Notes under the pieces: generated by a model | Databases searched by the model: none | The model's input: the letters and a program-made list of their open reading frames with translations, nothing else | Told to the model about the DNA's origin: nothing | Shown here: positions 13,496 through 26,204 of the stretch, in pieces | Layout of the letters: the number at the start of each line of letters is the position of its first letter | Position numbering within the stretch: position 1 is the stretch's first letter | Made by a program: the position numbers and the translations under genes | DNA from: Marsupella aquatica | Taxonomy: Eukaryota > Plantae > Marchantiophyta | Direction of reading: 5' to 3' | NCBI GenBank assembly: GCA_973895155.1 | Contig: OZ316897.1 | Location: 8,703,832-8,767,831, forward strand | Length of the DNA stretch: 64,000 nt

Positions 13496-14596
13496 TGTAG
13501 AGATTAACTTAGTCTTGGGTTGAACTATTTTCATTGTGACAGTCAAAGTACAATTTACACTGTCAAGAATCAGGTGATGGATGACAGAGTAAAGCACATT
13601 GATGTCCGCTATCATTTCATCCGACAGGCATGGTCGGACGATGAATTTGAGTTTGTCAAGATTGATGGAAAGCTTAATCCAACGGATGCTTTTACCAAAG
13701 TATTAGACTCCAATAGTTTTTCAAGGCATTGTAATTATTTACAAATATTGTAAATATAGAGTTAACCAAAAAAACGTCTCTATATGAGTACTCCATCCGA
13801 TGGCTTATCGGTTATGGCTTAGTTCTAGTTAACCCTTGCATTAGGGGGAGGGTCTTTTGGCCCTACTGTCTTGAACTTCCCGCGGAGGAACTTGTGCGGA
13901 AAAGACAATGTTATGAACCCTCCCAAGACGTGAGTCAAGGGGGAGTTTGTAGAGGTTAACCCAATCTTGGGTTGAACTATGGTTAGTATGTTAACTAGGG
14001 TTAAAGTAAACCCTAGTTGAAGAGATTGATCCTTATCTCTTCAACTTGTATGTGGTGTGAGAACACACAAGATAGTTCTCAAGAGAGAACACACTGATAT
14101 AGCAAGAGATGAGAACTTGAAGAGATGAGAGCTATGGTGATGCTTGAGTAGACACATAACCGTTAATAAAGTTTGGTCTTCCCGTGGACGTAGCCAACCT
14201 TGAGGCGAACCACGTAACTATTGAGCACGTGTATGTTTGGAGTGTTTTTCCTGATCTAATTTCTCCCCACATCTAGGACTAGGCCGGGAGGGTTTGGGAG
14301 AGTCCGGGATTGGGTCGGGAGTACTTTGGGAAAATTCGGGCCCGGCCCGGGAATACAAGCAAATATCCGACATTTGACAAGTTGTCATGTCCGACAGTTC
14401 AAACTTTTTGGCTGATTGCTCGGGGGTGGGGGGGGTGAGCATGAAACCCATAGGTCCACTTGTGGTTGTTGATACTTAACTCTAGTGCCTGATTAGGGTA
14501 GACTAACTATGGTTAAGGTTTTTTGGGTTAGACTAGTGAAAAGGGGGTAAACTCTTGTGAGAGCACTTCATTCTCACAAAAGTTTACCCCCATACA
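13496..14596 (+). mobile_element. Internally deleted Ty1/copia LTR retrotransposon remnant
   Basis: RNase H tail CDSQS..KHIDVRYHFIR..NPTDAFTK (13529-13753); polypurine tract aagggggag at 13937-13945; LTR TGTA(13948)...TACA(14596); 33-bp copy of the LTR start at 13496. Confidence 0.85.
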
Positions 14597-14839
14597 AGTG
14601 AACACACATAAGCAAAACTCAAAACAATTTCAGTCCTTTGCCAATGTTGAAGCTTCCTATCCACTGTCGAACGTCGACTCCTTGTGGGTGGGTGCCAGGG
14701 GGGGAACAAAGAGGGAAGGGGGGTAAGAAGTGCGGCAAATGGAAATGCACTGTAATCTACTTTTGTGGTATAAATATCTAAACATCAGAATATGCAATCT
14801 GCTCTTTCTTCTCATCGTTTGTTTACAAAATGTCATTTT

Positions 14840-16700
14840 GGCAGGAAGCTTCCCTGCTCGTGATGGTGATGTTTTTTCCTAACCATAAGCTTGGCCTAAA
14901 GATGCCCATGTGCACCCCTTCATTGCCCAATCCCTCACTAAGTATGGCAGCCACGATTCACAACCGAGAGTCAACTTTAGGTTCCTACCCTAGACTGACG
15001 AGTGTGGAAACTCAAGCGACAACGAATGTTGTGGTTGTTATGATGGGCAAATGACCTCAAGTTAGCTCATGAAGGGGATGAAACAACATGGGTTCTGAGT
15101 AAGGCCACAGAGCGGTACAATGATTGAAGGGAATCTCAAGAGTTCACCAGCATGTTGATAGCTGTGAAATCAAACATTGTTGAATTCTAGCACAATCATA
15201 GTCCCGACATTGATCTAGAGGAGATGCGAGCTAGGGTATGTGCAATGTAGTTTATGTTGTGTCGGTACCGGGTATGTTGTGTCTAGAAGGGTACGTGAAT
15301 TCTAGTTTATGTTGTGTCAAGAAGGGTATGTGAATTGCACTTAGTTTTTGTTGTATTGCTATAGTAATGCGGTTTCTTTAGTAAGTTCTGACATATGAAA
15401 TGCATCATTCACCTAGGCAATGCTTCCAAAAGATGTGGACGAATGGAGTTGTGACGATGGGATGCCCCAAGTGGATCTTACCCACTCTGATTTCAAGAGT
15501 GACAAGATTGTCTTTAAGAAGCGTGTCATTTTTGACAAGAAGCTGCCTCCAAAAATTACAACAAAGGGTCAGCGTAAGGGTAAGGCCCTATGTAAGAAGC
15601 CTGCTAAGAATTCTGTAACACAAAAGCAAACATGGGCCAAGAAGTAGTCAAAGGCCGAGAAGGCTCAAACACAACTCAGCACAAACAGGGGTTGAGGTCT
15701 AGGACCAAGGTCACACCGGGAAGGAACACAATTGAAAGCCAGGTTAGGCACATTCATATGCTATCTATTGTGGCATTGATGTTCCAAGCAAATGTTCTTT
15801 CCTTTGCATTATGGAATGCGACTCTTTCTACGTGTGTGAAGTAAAAGTAGTAGTTCCTGACAAATCGCCTACATGGAAGAGAAGGGGTGTACCAGACATC
15901 CAAGAACCAACTAAGAAGAAATGAAAAAACATCAACAACACCTTCCATGTACCTCACATTGTCTTTGTCTTCATTCCAAAACCTCCTATCTTATTGCAAT
16001 TTTGTACGATGTGTTTCCCTATGCCATTACATATTAGATATGTCTTTTGGTTTATGTTCTAGTTTGTGTTTTGCTAAAGATCTTTGTCGCCGGTTCCAGA
16101 TAGATGACAATGACAACACAGATGAAGCTTCCAAAGAAAGGGCTGGAGACCGGGCAGACATTGATGGGGCCACAGGCATGCCACAGAGGATGCCACTAGT
16201 GAGCATGCCACAGATAATGCTTCACAAAAAGAGGCTGGACACAAGGCTAAGGTTGACAAAGCCAGAAGTCCAGAATGCATCCCTACCTGTGTATGTATAG
16301 TAGTTGAACCACATCAGGGTTGGCTCTCATTCTCTTGGCAATGAAGTGACACTGACAACCTCTCTTGGCATGGTTGTTGAATGCATTTTTATGTAGTCTA
16401 GGTCTACTACCTGCAACTGATTTTTGTTTTGTTCCAGGCAATAGAGGAATAGCTCATGGTGCATATCTTCTTTTTGTGGACCATAGGAACACCACAAGAA
16501 TTTATACGCCATCCAATCTGTGTATTCTGAATGTGATTTTCTTGAGGTTCGAATATGAAAGGAGGTCTCAAATTTTGGATCCCTTTTGCCTTCACCATCC
16601 TTAAATCTGAGAGACGGTTCCACGGAATGATGGCTTCGTCATGTGGGCTCCAAGCAATGTTTAGTAATGAAAATTTTCCAGGCTGCAGATTCTGTATGTA
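14840..16700 (+). pseudogene. Possible decayed multi-exon gene or TE gene of unknown family
   Basis: Protein-like segments follow AG acceptors (near 14844, 15417, 16100, 16438) and are interrupted by stops. No recognisable motif. Confidence 0.3.
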
Positions 16701-17388
16701 CTCTCATGTTTCTCGGCTCATCGTACTTTGCAAAGGCGACAACAAATATCCTATCACAACATTTGCATATAACATAAACTATGATACCAATATTACATGT
16801 ACATAACACACGTAGAGGAAGAACAACGGGCAAATACCAACAAGATAGAGGCAAACATGAAGAGCAACAGAAGACGATATGAGGTGGCATCAGGTTTGTT
16901 GAATCACAAAAAGAATGATCCAAAGAAGGAATGATAAAAGGAACTGGAAATTAAGGCCTCATTCTACACAAAAGAAGGGGAATGATCAACTTAATTTTTT
17001 AGATGTAATTTTTGCCAGATTCAACTTCCCCTAAAGGTTTTTGCCACTTTTGGCAAAAATTTCCTAGTTTGTTTGTTTCCGATTAGCAAGTTTCCCACCT
17101 AGTTGTGGACCCATTTGCCAGAATCTAACACTCATCCTTAAATCTAGGAAGATCTACCGGCAAGGAAATAATTCAGGAATGACTCATAAGGACTATTTGT
17201 AGCATCTTTGCCTTAGCATAGGCTGACATTCGCCACACTGGCTAACAAAGAAAAGCATTAAAAAACAAGTTGGGAATTATCATAGGAACTGGAGGATAAG
17301 GCACAAAAGACCCTTACAAGCTTACTTTTGTGGTATGGAAACTAAAGGAGTAATATGTATGGCATACAGTAGTGCTCTACATAATTTC

Positions 17389-18469
17389 GGAGATATATGC
17401 TTGATGGGCCCCTGGTGAACTTTTCTTACCGGATGGGCCCCTGGGTAATTTTTTTTATCAAATAGGACCCCTCTTAATGACCAGTACACCTGTTCTTGTG
17501 TGGTGCCTACACCGGTCCTTGTGTGGTGCCTACTATGTACAGTGACTCCAAGCAAACTACACGGTTGAACCGTGTGGTCGACCAAGAAACCACAGAGATT
17601 ATTCGGGAGAAACCACGAAATGCGACTGCCGCTATCGAAACTGTGATTTAAAGACAATATGCATTATGTCTTCGGATTCAATGGATTATATCTTTGGGTT
17701 CAAATTTTTACTGTATTGTGGGGTAGTTATTAGGTATGTTTTTCACGCTATGCACATGGGTTTTTCACAATGTTTTCATGCGCGACTTTCAGCGTCAATG
17801 CAAGGTACCTCCAAATATCCACAAAGAATATTCAAGTTCAATGTTCGGAATTCACCGACTGCCGCCACAACAAAATCGGCAAATGATTGACAAATGCGCT
17901 CAAAAAATGGTGATACTCCCCTATGCAATACATACAAACAATTTCAAAAGTAGACAGACCACCGCTACAACAAAAATCGACAAATGATTGACAAATGCGC
18001 TCGAAAAATAGTGATACTCCCTTGTGCAATGCATACAAACAATTTCAAAAGAAGACAAACCCCAAGTGTCCGGGTACACCTTAAACCCTAAACCTTGAAA
18101 CACGGGGAGACATAATTCATTGTGTCTTCAAACATTAACCCATTGAATCCGAACACATAATGTATATTGTCTTCAAATCACAGTTTCGACAGCGATAGTC
18201 ACTTTTCGCGGTTTCTCCCAGATAATCTTCGTGGTTTCTCGGTCGACCATGCAGGGTCAGTCGCACGGTTCAACCGTGCAGTTTGCTTGGAGTCACTATA
18301 CATAGTAGGCACCACACAAGGACCGATGTAGGCACCGCACAAGGACCGGTGTAGGCACCACACAAGAATAGATGTACTGGTTATTAACTACTTGGTAAAA
18401 AAAGTTACCTAGGGGCCTAGGGGCCCATAGGTAAGAAAGGTTCACCGGGGCCATCAAGCACATATCTCC
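17389..18469. mobile_element. Non-autonomous long-TIR (Mutator-like) element, ~1.08 kb
   Basis: ~300-bp TIRs starting ggagatatatgcttgatgg and ending ccatcaagcacatatctcc. Flanks ataatttc/ataatttt form an imperfect TSD. There is an internal ~100-bp direct duplication. Confidence 0.88.
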
Positions 18470-18700
18470 ATAATTTTGTCACCAGAGTAGTCATAAGCAC
18501 AACGACCAACATGTCCTTACTCCAATGAAATTGATCATTTGAGCTCCGTCCTCTGAAGTTCTAACTTATCATTACTGTCATGCGCATATCTCGTAAGCAT
18601 TGCCTGTAGGTCCCGAATTCCCCTCTGCTACTGTACTTCGCAGAGAGCTTTTGGAGGTCTGGATTGCCTTTAATGTGCAGGTGTGCACGAGTCGAGCTCC

Positions 18701-21456
18701 ATGCTCTCTTATGGCGAAGTTTTCCTCACGCTCGCAGCTGCAGTCGCCCTGTTCGGTCCGTCCTTCCTCACCATCGCCCTCTCACTTCCTTCTTAAACAC
18801 TTGCTTTCAAGTGACCGATCTGTCATGAATTTTCCCCAGTGTTGGCTTGGACCTTCTTTTGCCCAATCGCCTCTCTGCGTTTTGGGCTAGTCCATTGTCA
18901 TCGATCTTTCAAGATCTCCAAGACAGTTTGCTCAAACGTGATCCGTAGGTGGGGAAATCCTCGTCCACACTTTAGGAAGCTTCGAATTGTTCGAAGAACA
19001 CAGGAGGACGGGAGATATAAAAACAAGGAAGCTTTATATTCTCACATCCAGTTTTGGCCTAAACCCTCAACCCTAAACTCATACACGCAAACTTCTCGAT
19101 TCTGGGCTTGCATGTTTTTGAGGGTGGAAATTCAAAACGCCCTTCTCGTGAAATTATTCACTCAGTAACGTGGAGAATTTTGTGAGCTGGAATGCTCTCG
19201 AAAGACTCTCATTCTGGACCAGTCTCTTTTATGCCATGTCTTCCCAATTGCGTTCTGGTGGGCAATCCAACTGAAGGAGCAGTTTTTTTCTTTGTGAGTT
19301 ATTTTTTATTCTCAGAGCAGAATGCATATGTGGAGACTATTGTCTAGGAAGCTTCAGATGGTGGAATTGATTCGTTTGAATCTATGTGGGTAGTCTCCCA
19401 TTTCTCACGTTCCTAATTTCAATCTTTTGCGATAGAATGGCTATGAACTGACTGTAATGGGGTCAATCTCTTCCTGGATGGACAGTTTTACGGGTGCTAT
19501 CTTGCTGAGCATTTCTTTGTTCTGCTCAGATTTAATTTCGGGATCCCTGTTTATAAATCTATCACTTAGTATCGTCTACACGCAGTACAGGGTTACAATT
19601 CTCGTTTGCAATATGCAGGGCCAAAGGATATACCCATTATTGCTAGGGCAGCGGGAAGATTCGTGGGTAAAGCTGTCGGGTACATTCAGAGTGCCCGAGG
19701 TCAACTTGATGATGTCATGAAGCGTTCTCAAGTTGATCAGGTGTGTTAAAGTATGAACACCACTCGCTGTGGCTATATGCGGATGCTCTAGTTGGTTTGA
19801 ACACATTGAGTTGATAGACTTTTACTTTCACATTCACTCTGGCTTGATATATACGCTGCCTCCTTTTGGGGGAAGCTAAGGTGACATCTGCTTTCAAGTT
19901 TTGTCCACGGGTGAACTATAAGGACCTAGGTAGAAGAGGCACTGGCGATGCTTCTTATTTTGACACTATTCTTTGATACGTAGGTACATAAAGACTTGCA
20001 AGAGACGATGGCCCAGTTGGAGGCAATCCGATATGAGATTCGCAGCGGCATGTCCATATCCAATCCTGGACCTCTTACCCGGAGTGTTTTGAATATAGAC
20101 ATCAAGGCAAATCCTCCAGGCTCACCATCCATGCAAACTCAGACAGGTGCAGTGGTCCGTTCTTTTCCAACCGATAGTGACCATAGCTCCGGATGATCAG
20201 TGGATTTCTGATTTTATCCTGTACTTTGGAGATCTTAGGCCATCAACAGAAAAATCTTTGCGTGGAGGAATGACATGCAGTAAGTTTTATCATTTTGGGA
20301 TGGTTGTTGTAGAAATATCTACTTACAATAGTTTGCTCAATGGATGGAGAATTAATTTAGAAAGTCGCCCAATATCACGAGTCAAGCGGGGAAACCCATT
20401 CCCGAACCAATACTTGTCTGTTACAATCTTGGGTGAGCTATGGTTGTGAGGACAACAAATATTGGTTCCATTCATAAATAAATTGGGAGATCTTTGTTTT
20501 GCTATCACACTCTAGTGCGCACCTGTTGAGTTCCTGTACTACATGATATAGATTGATTTACCATCACTTTACTGGTTTCCTGTCACATCGCTGCAGATGT
20601 ATTTTAATGATTTACAGTGGTTGCAGGTGCCAATGATGCACCAACCATTGAAAGTGGTACCCACATCAATTTTTCAGAAACATTGAAGGGGCCAGTATCT
20701 GATTCAAAGGTATGGATAGCTTTGGCATTGTAATCCTTTGAACACTGCTGAATAGCCAGGACCCCTTTGGTTTGTTGGTGTTCCTTGTATTACAACCAGT
20801 TGTCTTTGCGAGACAGGCGTATGTTAGCAGTCCTTTGATATAGCTTACTACTCTGCTCAACCTTCTACATTGAGAAGGTTGTTTTGGAAATGCAGGAGCT
20901 GCACAGACATTCATTGCAGTCACGTATTGAGAGCAGTGGCTCTGAAACAGTTTCAATCTCTACCACAACAGTCACACCCATAGGGTTTCAGCCTGGTCCG
21001 GATGGCACTTTCAATACCATGCCGGCCTCAACAGAAAGGATTGCTGCTCAAAGGGTGGTGGTGAAACCCGTAGGTATTGCACCTGCTACTTCGCCGCAAC
21101 TCCCTCCAAACCCAACAGAAATAAAGGAAGACATAATTGTCTTACCCATTTCTGCAGTCAGTGCTGGAATCCTATCGCCCACGACAGGTCAGCGCTACCC
21201 TCTTTAACTCATCGTCCCTAAAAGATTTTTTGTTGAAGTGGTTTTTTCTCCTGTACATTACTTTTTGCGTCGTCATTGAATGTAACGTATAATCTCATTT
21301 GACTAGAAACCTGATACTTCTCTCTCTCCCGCTCTAAAAGCAGGTCCATTGTCCGGAGGAGCAGATCTTGTATTGGAGTCATTGACAGAGCGAAAGGTTG
21401 CATTTGATACCTTGGAATTTTTCCAACGAACTGATACAACACTTCGAGAAAGCTAA
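18701..21456 (+). CDS. TATB: Mitochondrial TatB-like Sec-independent translocase subunit, about 6 exons
   Basis: MLSYGEVFLTLAAAVALFG|PKDIPIIARAAGRFVGKAVGYIQSARGQLDDVMK..|VHKDLQETMAQLEAIRYEIR..PGPLTR..|..VLPISAVSAGIL..|GGADLVLESLTERKVA..FF matches the recalled plant mtTatB pattern. Confidence 0.85.
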
Positions 21457-23110
21457 CTCGACCAATTATATTGGTTTATACCTTATATGAAGCATTTGAA
21501 TGCTGATATTTTTAGAGAACCTGTAAAGCGATGATAGATTCCCATCAAGCCTGATTCCACATGTTACCTCAACGTAGACGAAGAGGTGAGATATGGAAAA
21601 TGAAATGACATGTTTGCAAATGAGATCGAAGGAACATCATGGTTGATAAAGGATGACATGATTGAAAGGGAAACACAGCAGAGTTGCAGTGCTCTCTCGT
21701 CTTGGTTGTTAAGAGCTTGCCGTTCCCTTGGTTTTTACCATTCCAGTTCCAGAGCATTTAGATACAATCTCCGGAATTAGGAGCAATTTCATGCTTGTGA
21801 GTTCAGTCACTCGCAGCCTTGCTTCAAATGTAATGCCTGCTCAACATGGAGACAACTTAATCTGAGAGTTTCAGGAATGTTTGAGAGAGGTTGTGCCAGA
21901 ATTCCGACTTGCCTATGACAGAAAAACACAAGAGAAGAAAGCTTTTCCCCAAGTTGCAGTATCCCACGCTAGAAATCCACAGAAAAGGAGCAAAGAGCTA
22001 TGAGAAATCTTATAGTAGAATGCAAGCTGGCCACCTGCTAAATTCCCAAGCTCTAATGGTTTACTTCACAAATGTAGTCCTTGGAAGCTGTTTCTGTTTG
22101 AAATCAAAATGAAGATTCACCCCCTCTTACTCTTCCTTGCACGTCACTTGCTTGGTAATGGTAACGTATTATAAACTCCAGGACCATAAAAGTCAAAGGA
22201 GTTGCAAAAAACAAAAGCACAATACGAAGAAAGGAGCAATCACAAGAAATTGCTAAAAGTCAAAGGAGTTGAAAAAAACAGAAGTAAAATACAAATAAAA
22301 TGAGCAATCAAAAGAAATTGCTCAATAGAGTATCAATCTGTTCTCTATCAAACTAAGTACCTAAAGAGTTCTCAAAGATATCCCGAACCTTCTTAGCCAA
22401 GATAAATGCTAAGATAAATCTACCAAGTTGTTGAGGGGGACAGACTAAACAATGAATACATATTTTCCACCAAGATCTGAGATGTCATTCTTACACTCTC
22501 ATAAAACTTGCAAACAATGAAAACATGATATTCATTCTCTATAGCTATCACTCTATTTTTCCTCTCAATACCCTTCTATCTCCCTTGTTTCATTTCAAGA
22601 TGGTGTGAAACTGCCTAGAAGCAAGGGGGTGTATTATCGTTGATGGGCTCACAGACGCAACTTTTTAATGAAAACGTCAGGGCATTGTGTTACAGGGTGT
22701 CTGGTCATAGTGGACATTAAACCCAATTCAATAAGGTTTAGGTCCGACTTGCATATTGGGCAACTTTGGATAGAGCTTACCCTGCTTGACTTCCTACCTA
22801 TGCTACTTTGCTACCTCTGGATCAGTTCACACTCCCGAAAGCCACAAGGTTGTGAACCAGAACTGCAAGCGAAGAAGTAAAAAAGAAACTCTAAAATATG
22901 GTCCTCTCTCCCCATAGAACCTCGCATGCCTGTCTTTCTAGGTATGCTACTCTGCTACCTCAGGAACGTACATTTTATTATAAAGGCATCAAGTAACTTG
23001 GCACAACCTGAGCTGAGGCTGGATTTAGTACATCATCATGCAACAAAGCTTGCAGTTTGCATTTGGCCAACCATGCCTGCATTTAAGGACCTCACTTATT
23101 CATGAGATTA

Positions 23111-23590
23111 CTAGCCCGATGCTTGTGCGTTGGACAAAGACGTTGAGGTGAAGAAAAGATGTTGAGATGATAAAAGATGTCAATGAGAGAAAAATATGTT
23201 GAGGTGAGGACAGGAAGTGGAGGTAAAAAGAAGAAGTTGAGGAGAGAAATTAAAGATGGCAAGGTGAGAGAAAGATGTAAAAATGAAAAATAGATGTTGA
23301 GGAGAGAAAATATGTCGAGGGTGAGTGAAAGATATTGTGGTGAGATAAAGATGTCAAGGTGAGAGAAAGATGACAAGATGACAAAAAGATAAGATGTCAA
23401 GGTGAGAAAAGATGTTGAGGTGAGGAAGAGATATCAAGCTAGGTGAAGAAAGATCTTGAGGAGAGAAAAACATGTCCAAGAAAGAAAATATGTCGAGGGT
23501 AGGAAAAAAATGTCAAGGTCAGATAAAGTTGTCAAGGCAAGGTAAAAATATTAAAGAGAGATAAATATGTAAAGATTAGAAAAAGATGAG
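23111..23590 (-). mobile_element. Second copy of the Helitron 3' end, with a ~20-bp imperfect tandem array
   Basis: The reverse complement of 23110-23139 is ctttgtccaacgcacaagcatcgggCTAGt, similar to 5718-5747. Adjacent aagatgtc/tgaggtgaga repeats. Confidence 0.6.
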
Positions 23591-23947
23591 GCAAAAACAT
23601 ATAAACTTTGCAATGTAGTTGTTGAGGCACGTTACACACATAGTTGTCATCACACATTACATGCCTCAACAACTACTCCCCACCATGTTATAAACTATGG
23701 TGGGATTGTCAATGTCTACTCCCCACCATAGTTGTCATGTTCAATAACTCCTGCGTAACACATAAAATTGGAGATGCAAGATAACAATCATTGCATCATA
23801 GACTCCAAACACAACCCACTGACACGAATAAAAATATTTTTTTCAGTTTTAAATTTTTAGACAAATAAATATTCAATGATATTACAAAATAGTATTTATA
23901 TTCAATAGTATTACAAAAAATTAAATATTTTCTTTCAATTATTTAAA

Positions 23948-23980
23948 CTAGCCCTGATTACCCGTTCTTTGAACGTGAAT
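23948..23980 (-). mobile_element. Helitron-like 3' terminus of a second family; degraded relative at 42618-42650
   Basis: The reverse complement reads cgttc-aaa-gaacg hairpin, then ggtaatcagggCTAG followed by T. Confidence 0.5.
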
Positions 23981-24993
23981 AGCGAAGAGGACAATAAAAA
24001 ATTATCAAAATATATTTTTTATTCATTAATATTCTTTAAAAATAAATGAAATGATAATATATTATTTTCCTGTATGTGCACATCAGTATTTTTGTGTGCA
24101 CATTCATCTTCTATGCACATATGGATGTTTTGATGGGGCCATAGTGCTTATATTTTTTGAATGTAATAATTAGAAATTATTATAAAAATTTGGCATGTAT
24201 ATACAGCATACTCATGTCATGAGTTTCTGTCATATGCACATGATGACCATAGAGTTACGGTCTAGAGGCTTCACTCTAGACCTAGGCTCTTAATTATAGA
24301 CTTCAGTTCGCGCTTTTATATTAAGATTTAAATAATTTAGATGTAGATGAATTCAATCAATTCTTAATTATTTATTTATTATCTCAAGCAGGTGACGGCA
24401 GGCAAAAGGGCAGCTTGGGTAGACATTTATTTAAGATGAAGTATAAGGATAGATCTGATGGTGTAAGAAAACAATATTCTGATGAAGGGTCATGAATGGT
24501 TTTTTGCTTTTTTTGCTTGCTTGGTAAACTTAATTCACTTTTGACTTATTCTTTCCAACTTTTCCAATTCAAGTTTTCATTTTTTGACTCAAAACAGCAC
24601 GTCAAATTTGAATGATGACCACTGCATTTTTTGACTCAACATTGTATTATAACTTTTGATTTTCCATACACAATTGTGATACGTACATGAGGTTGATATC
24701 CATCAAACAACAGCAATGATGGACTTCAGGCTAGTGAGAACACCCCAATGCACCCCTAGACTATTGTCCGATGCTAAAATTCTCAGACTTATTCATCAGA
24801 TTATTCTCCATATCCAACTGTGATATATGAGGTTGGTATTTATATAACAACTACAACGAGGGACTTCAGACTAGAGAGAAGACCCCAATGCACCCCTAGA
24901 ATTGAATCCAATGGTAACATTCTCAAATAGGCACTACAGTATAGTGAGAAGGCCCGATGCACCTCAGACTAGAATCCAATGTCAAAACCAACT

Positions 24994-25312
24994 GGCTTTG
25001 GTCAGTTGGCCAGAGGATGAGCCTAGAACCAAGAGCTCCCAGGTTCAATCCTCCCTCCACACGCAAGGGGTGTGGAGGGTATGTGTGGGTGGGTGGGTGA
25101 AGTGTAGTGGTGGAAGTATTGATTACACCCTCAGCCCTTCGTTGGCCAGCTTTGGGGCTCTGGTTTAGTACTCTCTCCCTCTTGGTCTGGGTCTTGTCGG
25201 ATCCTTAGGTATTATCCCCTTGTGGCTATTCTACATAGAATTGCATGCTCCAGAGTAGTACATCTATCCTCTGTTGGATGGATCTGCTTTTGATTTTCAA
25301 GGCAAAAAAAAA
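24994..25312 (+). mobile_element. tRNA-derived SINE-like element, with a partial duplication of its 3' part to ~25447
   Basis: A-box-like tggtcagttgg (24999-25009), B-box ggttcaatcc (25042-25051), A-tail near 25305-25312. A related copy lies at 31968-32230. Confidence 0.65.
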
Positions 25313-26204
25313 CCCCTTGTGGTTACCCTACATAGAATTTGGATTGTCTCCTTGTGGCTACCCTACATAGAGTTGGATGCTCCAGAGCAAGACATCTATC
25401 CTCTCTCTCTTAGATGGGTCTCCTTTCGGTTTTCAAGGAAATAAAAAATCAGATTCTAAAATTCTCAGACTGGGTGTTAACTCCTTTACAGTAACCAAAC
25501 CCAAACCCAGGAACCTTTGGAGATGCTCAAAGGGGTGTCATGGTCCATGGGGGTTGTTGGGTTGACGAGCTCGGTCCATTTGGGCATATTCTTCTTTCCA
25601 TGACTCGATTCTTCTCCGTCTGTAGTTTTGAAGAAGTTTTGAAGAAGACTTCAATTTCTTGAACGTTGGAGTGACGTTCTTTTGAATTCTATGAATTTGG
25701 GGCTCGATTTGATTTCAGTGTGCTCGATTTTGAATGAGTAGATTCACAGTCAGTTTATCAGAGTGAAAAACAACCGGAAAAGTTGTTGATTGCAGAGAAC
25801 GCCGCTCGATTCATCAGCTCCAACAGGTCGAGGACAGACACGGAGATGATCAATTCTTCCATTGTCCGCAAAAAGCATCTCTCCCCATATGATTGAATCG
25901 AAGGTATGGTGATTCCAGAGTGTGTCCTGTACTGCAATGAACCTCAGCTTGCGTCGAATCAAGTTTCTCCTTCTCGACGATCACTTTGGAGCCAGTTTGA
26001 TCGAGTCACGGGAAGCTTGTTCATGAATCTTCGAAATTGAATGTCCACGAAGAGCGGCGATAGCGTATCATTGTTTTGCAGCAATTCTTTGTGCAAGTGT
26101 GGACTCGCTTTCCAATCAATTAGGTTAGGTGCAGAGACGACGACTCGGAGAAGAGTTGGTTGTAATGTGAGATCTGGAGACTAGCGGGAGGGGCGAGAGG
26201 GATC

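Noticed and set aside
24994-25060. tRNA gene
   Set aside because: A and B boxes are present but there is no convincing cloverleaf. It continues into a dispersed body with an A-tail, so I called it a SINE.
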